From contig OZ024740.1 of assembly GCA_964016885.1 (NCBI GenBank), positions 156,922,001 through 156,986,000 of the forward strand: a DNA stretch of 64,000 nt, read 5' to 3'. The DNA is from Eledone cirrhosa (taxonomy: Eukaryota). The notes under the pieces were generated by a model, which was not told where the DNA came from, searched no databases, and saw nothing but the letters and a program-made list of their open reading frames with translations. The position numbers were made by a program, and so were the translations under genes. Below, piece after piece: positions 12,563-24,165 of the stretch; within the stretch, counting starts at the first letter, position 1, and each line of letters begins with the position of its first letter.

Positions 12563-12875
12563 TTTAGGAAGCTGCAAATAGAGTCCATTAATGGAATTGA
12601 AAAATATGTAAAACATTTCAGGAATTCAGCATGTAATAACTGCATATACACACGTATAGATACAGAAACATATGCACGTGTACATATATCATTGAAAAAA
12701 AAACAGATCCACGTATGCAATAACACCCATAGCCGCTTACACACACAAACACATACATACGTACTTATCTAGTTAGTGCTGTCTAAATTCCAACGAAAGA
12801 GTCTTGTTCTATGTCAGGACCGTCTCTCTCTCTCTCTCTTGGTGAAAATGTATGAAATTATAAAAACCTGAATAA
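12563..12875 (+). mobile_element. Older, diverged 3' fragment related to family B
   Basis: Aligns by eye to 10460-10755 (tccattaatgga...taataactgcatatacac...aaattcca..gagtcttg...tgaaattataaaa). Confidence 0.7.
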
Positions 12876-12938
12876 CTTACGCATATATCTTTGATTCTTT
12901 CTGAAACTATATATGTCTTTTCGTATACGTCTCTTTAC

Positions 12939-12976
<38 letters not shown>

Positions 12977-13086
12977 TTATTAATTCTGGAAATATTACAC
13001 AAATATGACACTCCCCAAGTATAACAATATATATATATGCATATATACATACTCTTTCTTTCTTTCTCTCTATCTCTCTTTCCTCC

Positions 13087-13160
<74 letters not shown>

Positions 13161-13284
13161 TGTGGGAAAACAAAGATAGGTTAATAGAAAGATATTGTTA
13201 ATAGTTTATACAGATGATGACTAGAAGTGAATATAATATACAGGAAGATTGTTGAAGTCTAAAATATTTCTCTATATAGAAATA

Positions 13285-13380
13285 TAATTGTTTCTACTTT
13301 AGGCACAAGGCCAGCAATAACCCAGTGCATTACTGGTACTTTATTTTATCGACCCCGTAAGGATGAAAGGCAAAGTCAAC
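13285..13380 (-). mobile_element. 5'-truncated tRNA-derived SINE (family of 28554)
   Basis: Reverse complement of gttgactttgcctttcatccttacggggtcgataaaataaagtaccag...ggccttgtgcctaaagtagaaacaattat. Confidence 0.85.
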
Positions 13381-13470
13381 TGAAAAACTACAGTTTCAAA
13401 CAAAAGTTCTTACTTAGTTTAATAATTGTTTTCAATCGATAAATCATACTAGATTTTTCTTTTTAAGTTT

Positions 13471-15800
13471 TTGTGTGTATACGTTATAGTGTATATGTTA
13501 TTGTGTATATGTTATTGTGTATATGCTATTGTGTATATGTTATTCTGTATACGTTATTGTGTATACGTTATTGTGTATATGTTATTGTGTATATGTTATT
13601 GTGTATATGTTATTGTGTATATGTTATTGTGTATACGTTATTGTGTATACGTTATTGTGTATATGTTATTGTGTATATGTTATTGTGTATACGTTATTGT
13701 GTATACGTTATTGTGTATATGTTATTGTGTATATGTTATTGTGTATACGTTATTGTGTATATGTTATTGTGTATATGTTATTGTGTATACGTTATTGTGT
13801 ATATGTTATTGTGTATATGTTATTGTGTATACGTTATTGTGTATATGTTATTGTGTATATGTTATTGTGTATACGTTATTGTGTATATGTAATTGTGTAT
13901 ATGTTATTGTGTATACGTTATTGTGTATATGTTATTGTGTATACGTTATTGTGTATATGTTATTGTGTATACGTTATTGTGTATACGTTATTGTGTATAT
14001 GTTATTGTGTATATGTTATTGTGTATACGTTATTGTGTATATATTATTGTGTATATGTTATTGTGTATATGTTATTGTGTATACGCTATTATGTATATGT
14101 TATTGTGTATATGTTATTGTGCATACGTTATTGTGTATATGTTATTGTGTATACGTTATTGTGTATATGTTATTGTGTATACGTCATTGTGTATATGTTA
14201 TTGTGTATATGTTATTGTGTATATGTTATTGTGTATATGTTATTGTGTATACGTTATTGTGCATATGTTATTGTGTATATGTTATTGTGTATATGTTATT
14301 GTGTATATGTTATTGTGTATATGTTATTGTGTATATGTTATTGTGTATACGCTATTATGTATATGTTATTGTGTATATGTTATTGTGCATACGTTATTGT
14401 GTATATGTTATTGTGTATACGTTATTGTGTATATGTTATTGTGTATACGTTATTGTGTATATGTTATTGTGTATATGTTATTGTGTATATGTTATTGTGT
14501 ATATGTTATTGTGTATATGTTATTGTCTATACGTTATTGTGTATATGTTATTGTGTATATGTTATTGTGTATACGTTATTGTGTATATGTTATTGTGTAT
14601 ACGTTATTGTGTATATGTTATTGTGTATATTTTATTGTGTATACGCTATTATGTATATGTTATTGTGTATATGTTATTGTGCATACGTTATTGTGTATAT
14701 GTTATTGTGTATACGTTATTGTGTATATGTTATTGTGTATATGTTATTGTGTATATTTTATTGTGTATACGTTATTGTGTATACGTTATTGCGTATACCT
14801 TATTGTGTATACGTTATTGTGTATATGTTATTGTGCATACGTTATTGTGTATATGTTATTGTGTATATGTTATTGTGCATACGTTATTGTGTATATGTTA
14901 TTGTGTATACGTTATTGTGTATATGTTATTGTGTATACGTTATTGTGTATATGTTATTGTGTATATGTTATTGTGTATATGTTATTGTGTATATGTTATT
15001 GTGTATACGTTATTGTGCATGTTATTGTGTATATGTTATTGTGTACATGTTATTGTGTATATGTTATTGTGTATATCTTATTGTGTATATGTTATTGTGT
15101 ATACGTTATTGTGTATACGTTATTGTGTATATGTTATTGTGTATATGTTATTGTGTATACGTTATTGTGTATATGTTATTGTGTATATGTTATTGTGTAT
15201 ATGTTATTGCGTATATGTTATTGTGTATACGTTATTGCGTATACGTTATCGTGTATACGTTATTGTGTATATGTTATTGTGTATATGTTATTGTGTATAC
15301 GTTATTGTGTATATGTTATTGTGTATACGTTATTGTGTATATGTTATTGTGTATACGTTATTGTGTATATGTTATTGTGTATACGTTATTGTGTATATGT
15401 TATTGTGTATATGTTATTGCGTATACGTTATTGTGTATATGTTATTGTGTATACGTTATTGTGTATATGTTATTCTGTATATGTTATTGCGTATATGTTA
15501 TTGTGTATATGTTATTGTGTATATGTTATTGTGTATATGTTATTGTGTATACGCTATTATGTATATGTTATTGTGTATATGTTATTGTGTGTATGTTATT
15601 GTGTATACGTTATTGTGTATATGTTATTGTGTATATGTTATTGTGTATATGTTATTGTGTATATGTTATTGTGTATACGTTATTGTGTATATGTTATTGT
15701 GTATACGTTATTGTGTATATGTTATTGTGTAAATGTTATTGTGTATATGTTATTGTGTATATGTTATTGTGTATATGTTATTGTGTATACGCTATTGTGT
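13471..15800. repeat. 14-bp minisatellite (GTTATTGTGTATAY), about 165 copies
   Basis: Head-to-tail units with two dominant variants ending TATAT or TATAC; the long ORFs here are repeat artefacts. Confidence 0.97.
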
Positions 15801-16696
15801 GTTTGTTATTTGATATTTATAATAGTGACATAATATCTTAATATGTTCTATTAATATTGTTATAATGATAGTGAGTAGTATTATATAATGATATTGGATG
15901 CAGTGTGATTTTATCAATGAGAATATCTTCTGTTTATGTCCATTTATGCTTTGAGTTCAGCCCTTGATTACAGGAAAGAGTAGAAGTCTACGTATGTATA
16001 TCCCCCTAACCCCTGATCGTGTCATAGGGGGCGCCACATTTTACATATGGCGTATCTAGGTTATTTTAAGCCTGGTGGAGCCCATCTGTTCTGTAGGTCT
16101 AAAAATAGCTGATTTCTTCCAGAGAAGGATAAAGAGAGTGAGAGAATGGAAGTGAGAAAGAGATATAGAGGAAGTATCGACTAGACTGATACTTTTTTTT
16201 ATCATCCGCGAATATAGGAAAAGCAAAGTTGACCATCGCAGAATTTGTACACAGAAAACAGAGCCGAAACGAATACCACAAAACATTCTATCCGACTTTC
16301 TAACGACTCTTCAATTCGCTGCTTTCAGAAATCTACATACTGGGATCGGATATAATAAACTATGTTCTTCAATCCCTGGTATGGCCACAATTGATCGATT
16401 GAAACCACTTTATGATAATGGGATTCCTAATAAACGACCAATGCCATGCATTTGGGAAGAGTTTATTTTCGATTATATCGATGTAGCAACTTGACTGATA
16501 TTTTATTTGAAATCAGACAATAAAACGATGTAACTAATTATAACGACTCATTTAATCTGTCAGTGTACTGGTTCTAGCGTTCACTGCCCTTTGAAGCAAA
16601 TAATTTGATATCAAGATAAAAGAAGACATTGGAAGTTACACTAATAGTTTGAAAGTTAGGAATGAACTGCTAAGTTGTTAATATGAATGTTTTAAA

Positions 16697-16870
16697 TAAT
16701 TGTTTCTACTCTTTGGCACACAGCCAGCAATTATCCCAGTGCATTACTGGTACTTTATTTTATCGACCCCATAAGGATGAAAGGCAAAGTTAACTTCGGC
16801 GGGATTTAAACTCATACTATAAAGGGCCGTAACTCTATACTGCAAACATGGCGTCTGACCCTCTTCCGAT
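16697..16870 (-). mobile_element. tRNA-derived SINE (family of 28554), diverged 5' part
   Basis: Same central domain and 3' end as 28554-28767 on the reverse strand. Confidence 0.8.
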
Positions 16871-16947
16871 AACTAATTTTAGTGGGAAAGAGCAACAATG
16901 AGCATTCTGCTTCTTTCTCAGTTTCTTGCCCATAATATCAACTATTA

Positions 16948-17662
<715 letters not shown>

Positions 17663-17828
17663 ATTAAACGGATATTAGTCAACAGTAGTGATTGAGCAGA
17701 TATGATCAAAAGCCTTCCAATTATGACCATCCTATCTTTTTTCAGGCTTAGTTTATCAAGAACTACATTATCTAATATGCCCTTACTCTTATTTATGGGA
17801 GATTTAACTGATAATTCTGGCCCGTGTA

Positions 17829-17897
17829 GTTAGTAGTAGTAGTAGTAGTAGTAGTAGTAGCAGCACCAGTAGTAGTAGTAGCAGCAGCAGCAGTAAT

Positions 17898-17990
<93 letters not shown>

Positions 17991-18000
17991 TGTTGTTGTT
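17829..18000. repeat. (TAG)n/(CAG)n/(TTG)n compound microsatellite
   Basis: Directly visible. Confidence 0.95.
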
Positions 18001-18705
18001 ACTGCTGCTGTTCTTATATCTTGTTTTGCCCTTAGCCCGCCTCAGATGAGAACTATGATCAATGACATATAAGCTATCAATATTTCATATTTATCTTTTT
18101 CAGATGTAGTATATCCAGAACTACATTATCCAATGCATCAATTCTTTCTTTCATGTTAAGTCGATATAGGTTTATTTAACAGAATATGTGTTGTTCTTTC
18201 TGTTCGGTCGAACGACTTTGTATAATCTCACTTTGTTCAAATATGTTTACACTGAAATTCACTTTAACTGCGCTTTTAAAATTTTTGTCTTCAAAACAAC
18301 ACTAAATTATATGTAAAACATATGTCTCGTTGAAGTAAACTCATATCACCACATTCTATCTGGCTATGATGAAATTGGGTTCAAATTACCATACAACTGA
18401 TAAATGTTTGTTGCAATACACTCAGATAATCTTTTACGAAGATCTCATATTTTCATACAAACAAACATGGTGAATGTGTAATTGAAAATTGCCAATGAAT
18501 GTATCATTTATTTTGGCTATGTGGGTAAGAAATTCACTTGAAGCGAATGTAATTCTCTGTTCGATTCCATTGTGCGGTTGTCTTCTTCAATTGACCACTG
18601 AAGGAAGCTCAATCAGCAGAAATTCTCTAACCACTCATCCACACGCCTCCACCACACACACACACTATACCCTACATGTGTGTGTGTATATATATATATA
18701 TCAAA

Positions 18706-19396
18706 AATTGAAAAAGTGAAGAATAACATGGTCAACAGTACAAAAAAAGGGATTTATTAACATATATTTAAATATATTTAACATTATCATGTTTATACCT
18801 TCGTATCTCTCTATATTTTAACCACTCCCAATAACCACTTTCAATAATCTTAATGTTTAAATTTCTTCGCATATTTTTACTTATTTATTTTCATATTTTA
18901 TATTATTTTGTATCAACCTCGGTGTAACTTGTTTATTTATTTACATTTATTCCTGTATTAACATTAATTCATTTATTGTTGTTATCATTATTTTCCCTCT
19001 ATTTTTCTTTCTCTCTACCTTTATTTCTCCTTTATCCTTTTTTCTCTCCTCTTTCTACCCTCCTTTCTCTATCTATTTTTCTCTATGTCTTTTTCTCTCT
19101 CTCTATCTCTCTCTGCTTTCCTTTCTCTTTTTCTTTTTCCTTTTTCTTTCGTTTATCTATCTCTATTTCTCTCTCTATCTTTATTATTAATATTATTAAT
19201 GATGCTGTAATTTGAATTTATAAATTCAACGGTAATCCTAGTTGTCTCTGATGATCTGATTAAGCTAACATCGTATTTAAAAATGAGTGGTTCAGCAATT
19301 TTTAGACAACTTAATCAGTGAAACAATTGTTAGACTGTTGTAAATAAATCCCTTTTTTTCGTACTGTTGATCATGTTATTCTTCACTTTTTCAATT
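18706..19396 (+). mobile_element. PLE-like 3' end with inverted terminal duplication (arms 18706-18762 and 19339-19396)
   Basis: Arms are reverse complements; the left arm abuts a (TA)n run; a hammerhead and AATAAA lie at the right end. Confidence 0.72.
19244..19335 (+). ncRNA. Type I hammerhead ribozyme motif (U.U at 10.1/11.1, palindromic stem III)
   Basis: gtct CTGATGA t ctgattaag...cttaatcag t GAAA caattg TT agac: stem I gtct/agac, 9-bp stem II base. Confidence 0.72.
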
Positions 19397-20165
19397 GTAT
19401 TACTCCAAGATAAACTTACATAGGAATACAAGTGAAATCATAAACTCGCCATCTACGTAAAACTCTTGTTGAGTCAAACAACGCCGTACGCTAAAACTAT
19501 CCATAATAAGAAGTATTCACAACCTCTAACTGGATTACCTATAAAGATATTTTGTTATCCCTTATATATAAGTATATATACTCGACTGACCTCTTCCTCG
19601 CACTTCCAATCACTCACCCTCTGTTTCTTCCCTTCTCACTTCCTCCCGTTTGGCTAGTAGTGGGTTCTCTTCTTGCTCACATTTCACTCACGTCGGACGG
19701 CCTGTATCTTGGTCGCTCATGAAATCCACCCAGCTTATGCTGACCGGATAACCATGTTGCTTGTTTATTCCCATATTTGCGTTGCTTTCATCCTTCTATG
19801 TTGTTTACTTGTCTTACTCGCTTTACGCGATTTACTTGTCCCAATAGCTTTTTTTAGTTATTGCTCGCACCAACCTGTGGTATATGATTTTTAATGCGAT
19901 GAAATATCAATGATGGTTGGCAAATCACTGACGAAGGACTATTTTTATCATATGTAACCCATGTGCAACCACGCAGTATTCTTCTTTCTTCTCATGTTTA
20001 TATATATATATATATATATAAACGAAGCATGCTGTGTGGTTACTGTGAACAAAGTTTAAGATGGTAATATGGACGAAACAAGAGAAGAAACACTTCATCA
20101 GCTGTTAACTGCAGATCATAGATGTTTCGGAACTTAAAACAGGACATCGAACTCGATCAGCAGCG

Positions 20166-20336
<171 letters not shown>

Positions 20337-20795
20337 TTAAGATTTAGTCAGTAGTATACATTAAATCTCAATGAATAATATTGCTTAGAATATAATTCAG
20401 AGAACCTTATAAATAAAAATATAAAACCATCTTGATTAAAGTTCAGAATCAACATAGAGGCAAAACATTATTATAACGAAGATTTCATATCCACTAACTG
20501 TAGTTTCACAAATTAGATATCAGAATCAATCCTCCCAATTAATTAAGATGGCTAATTACCGCAAGAAATTATTTTATCATCAGAGAAGTAAAGCGCTAGG
20601 GAGGTTCTTTATTTTAGATTGCTTTACAGTGATCTTCCCTTTAGTCAATATATATATACATATAAGTATGTTTGTTTTGAAACAGTGAGCAAGTTTGAAA
20701 TTAGAAATAGAAGCTTTCACCGTATTTTTGACTAAAGAAATTTTAGCCTGATAATGGGGTTTAGAACCCTCAGAAAAATGGAAAAAAATGAGTAT

Positions 20796-20866
20796 TGACG
20801 TATATGGGAGTCGAACCCACATCTATGGTTATCCAGACCACTGTGCTACTATTACACCAACACATC
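20796..20866 (-). tRNA. tRNA-like cloverleaf with non-canonical anticodon loop (CUGGAUA)
   Basis: Acceptor gatgtgt/atacgtc, D arm gtgt-aatagta-gcac, anticodon stem gtggt/accat, T arm gtggg-TTCGACT-cccat, T-run about 8 nt downstream. Confidence 0.6.
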
Positions 20867-21157
20867 ACCCATCTCCTTCCATTCAAATTAGAAGCTACAT
20901 TCTTAGCAAATATAATGACAAGTAAGTATGTATGTTTGTTTTGAAACAGTGAGCTAGTTTGAAATTAGAAACAGAAGCTTTCACCGTATTTTTGACTAAA
21001 GAAATGTTAGCATGATAATGGGGTTTAGAACCCTCAGAAAAATGGAAAGCTTCTATTTCTAATTTCAAACTTGCTCACTGCTTCAAAACAAACATACTTA
21101 CTTGTCATTATACTTGCTAAGAATGTGAGCTTCTAATTTGAATAGAAGGAGAAGGGT

Positions 21158-21228
21158 GATGTGTTGGTGTGATGGTAGCACAGTGGTCTGGATAAGCAAA
21201 GATGTGGGTTCGACTCCCATATACGTCA
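21158..21228 (+). tRNA. Second tRNA-like cloverleaf, anticodon stem partly decayed
   Basis: A box TGGTGTGATGG, B box GGTTCGACTCC, downstream T-run. Confidence 0.55.
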
Positions 21229-21729
21229 ATACTCATCTTTTTCCATTTTTCTGAGGGTTCTAAACCCCATTATCAGGCTAAAATTTCTTTAGTCAAAAAT
21301 ACGATGAAAGCTTCTATTTCATATATATATATATATATATATAAAGTGTGAGATAGGGAAACAGACAGTGGGAGAGAAGTGATGGCACCTTAAGCCATCT
21401 CATTTCCTTATTAATTCTTATTTCTTTTAAATCAAAAGATGTTTTGAAAATCAGATATTGAGAAAAAATAAACATTTTTTCTTTTTTTCCTTTTCAATAA
21501 GAAACTAATAAATGTAGAGATGCTTTCAATTTATTTATTTGTTTATTTATTCATCTGTTTGCGTTTGCGAATAAAAACGTATATTAATGTATTTCTTTTA
21601 TAATGGAAGTGTTTAAGTATATAGTTTTTAGTTGCATTTGTAATTACATTTTCATCCTTGATGAATTAATACATCATTTGAAATGATCATATAATGATGC
21701 TGTACAATATTGATGCTTTCATTATTGAA

Positions 21730-22912
21730 TACTAGCTGAATTACCCGGCGTTGCACGGGTTACTGCTGTTCTTATTCAGATTAGTAAACAATAAATATGA
21801 AGATATATTTTTTTCTCATCATTATTTCAAAATATCTATATTTTATTTTTTAAATATCAAAATTGTAATGATAATAGAATTTAGAAATGAAAATCTGTCA
21901 ATCTTAAAGCACCTTAGGGTAAACAATATTCATTGTGTAATTTTTTGTTGGCGTTCAAATGATAAATTGTTGCTACACACTCACACACATACACTCTCAA
22001 TAACATATACTAAGACAGACTTACACAAACATACGCATAGCTTTTCACTTCATTTCTTTGTCATCCGATACATATGTATATGTATGTGTAGATGTATGTG
22101 TGTATTTAATAATGTACCCAATGAACTCGCGCACACCCACTCACAGACATATTCATATACAAAATGTGACGTCGTTGTGCTGTTTTCTATTGTTTTAATC
22201 AAAATGAAAATAAAAATTATCACACATACACTCACACACTCATACACTCTCAAATACATTCACACACATACACTCACACACATACACTCACACACTCTCA
22301 CATACATATACTAAGACAGACATATATAGACATGCATTCACGTACACCTGTCTGCCATCTCATATGTATCTGTATGTGTAGATGTGTGTGTGTTTAATTC
22401 TCTGAGGCCTAATGTTAAAATAAAAATTATCAAATATACACTCACACACACATACACTCTTACATACACCCACACACACATTCACTCTCACATACATATA
22501 GTAAGAACGACATACACAGACATACATTCACGCACACCTATTACTTGTGTAGATGTGTTTAATTGCCTGTATGAAGATAATGTGTATGCAACTTACTAAG
22601 GCTATATGTATGTGTAGATGAGTGTGTGTTTAATTCTCTAAGGCCTAACTTACGTAACGAACCCACAAACACCCACACACTCACATATTGCATACACACT
22701 CATATACAAAATGTGACGTCGTCGTGGTGGTTTACTATAGAAACGTTATTTTAGATTAAATATATTGTTTTAATCCAAATGAAAATAAAAATTACATGTT
22801 GACACTCTCGAGGTCTATAACTATTACTTTGTAAAATTTGATTTGATTTGGTCTAGCCGTTTGAGAATACATAAGAACAGACAGATAGACAGAGAATTTT
22901 ATATATAGGGAG
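21730..22912 (+). mobile_element. Non-autonomous Helitron/Helentron-like element with internal tandem duplications
   Basis: Start tactagctgaattacccggcgttgcacggg; end ttggtctagccgtttgag...acagacagatagacagagaattttatatatag; repeated internal blocks (catatacaaaatgtgacgtcgt at ~22155 and ~22701). Confidence 0.6.
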
Positions 22913-23156
22913 ATTCATTTATTTAAAATTAAATTAAAATTCCTACTATAGCTTTTTAAACATACTTTTTAATATTGTTTTACAAATTTCTTGATACTAA
23001 ATATCTTATGTTCAAAACATAAAAATTCAAAGACTTTGTTTAAAATAAAACACAAAAAAAACATCAGAATAGTAAATATGCATCAGGTGGGTTGGAGTCT
23101 ACTTTTAAATGAATAATTGATTGTATATATAATATATATATACGTCTATATATATG

Positions 23157-23251
<95 letters not shown>

Positions 23252-23255
<4 letters not shown>

Positions 23256-23440
23256 CAAATTTGGACGGGAAAAAAACAGAGGGGCAGACAATTAAAGGTT
23301 TATTAGGTTCACGCTCTTGAGAGGGGGGACGATTCGGGCATAAGCCCTTCTTCAGGAGAAAATGGATTAGGAAGAGAGTTCCGAGGGTGTGTGGTGGAGG
23401 GGTGGAATTGCATTTAGAAAAAAGGGGAAGGAGAACATAT
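23252..23440 (-). mobile_element. PLE 3' end with minimal hammerhead motif (core 23328-23355; GAAA mutated to GAAT)
   Basis: Minus strand CTGAAGA a gggc-ttat-gccc GAAT cgtc, then AATAAA, ending at a (TA)n array. Confidence 0.65.
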
Positions 23441-23528
23441 AAAAATAAAAAAAAAACAAAGAAAGTGTGGTAAGAAACCAGGTGTCGAAAAGGCCAGAGC
23501 TCAACCGTCGGGGTCGTGACTCTTTTCC

Positions 23529-23530
<2 letters not shown>
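23440..23530. mobile_element. Inverted-junction copy of the 17279/48872 family
   Basis: Antisense tail (aaagtgtggtaagaaacca) joined to sense gtcgaaaaggccagagctcaaccgtcggggtcgtgactcttttccta, then (TA)n. Confidence 0.75.
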
Positions 23531-23611
<81 letters not shown>

Positions 23612-23615
<4 letters not shown>

Positions 23616-23860
23616 AGAATGATTAAAAAAGAGGGTTTGCAAAAAGTACCTTTATAGCATGTACAAAAACTGATGTTAGCAAAGCCTGCTTCCTCCGGTT
23701 TGGATTATCAAAACATTTGTTATAAGTTGTTTTGATAACCCAAAATGGAGAAAGCAAGCTTTCCTAACATCAATTTTTAACATCAAAGTTATAAAGATCC
23801 TTTATATATATATATACCAGGTGCGTTTTACAAACCCTTTATTTTATCATTTTCCGTATA
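23612..23860. repeat. Old imperfect palindrome next to (TA)n
   Basis: aaaaactgatgttagcaaagcctgctt...ttatcaaaaca pairs with tgttttgataa...aagcaagctttcctaacatcaattttt; outer agggtttg/caaaccct. Confidence 0.7.
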
Positions 23861-24073
23861 TAAAGTTATCTGTATATGACGTCCACACTTGTTGTCACTA
23901 TATATTGGGAGTTACTAGTTTAGACTATAAAGACCATGTTCAATTAAGTACTCTATGTTTGGGAAAGTAGAGTGTATGTTTTATAAAAAGTTTGTGCTCG
24001 ATGCCTGAGTTATCCACTCGCCGTCGAAACAGCGGGAACTCAACCGTTGGGCACTAACTTTTAACAATATATA

Positions 24074-24148
<75 letters not shown>

Positions 24149-24165
24149 ATATATATATATATATG

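Larger units (their letters stand above)
20664..21320. mobile_element. Fold-back insertion of a ~262-bp tandem unit containing a tRNA-like gene, between TA repeats
   Basis: Blocks A-B-C-D-A-B on plus (20664-21046), then reverse complements A'-D'-C'-B'-partial A' (21047-21320). Confidence 0.85.

Noticed and set aside
13471-15841. Very long ORFs (753, 774, 646 aa) and a possible CRISPR-like array
   Set aside because: Pure 14-bp tandem repeat with no spacers; ORFs are open only because the unit lacks stops.
20090-20165. Hammerhead-like minus-strand motif (ctgatcga...ccgaaacatctatgatc)
   Set aside because: Extra base in the core and poor stem II; at best a decayed relic.
20746-20780. ctgataatggggtttagaaccctcagaaa as a hammerhead in the tRNA-like unit
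   Set aside because: C3-A8 mismatch and no stem I or III partners.
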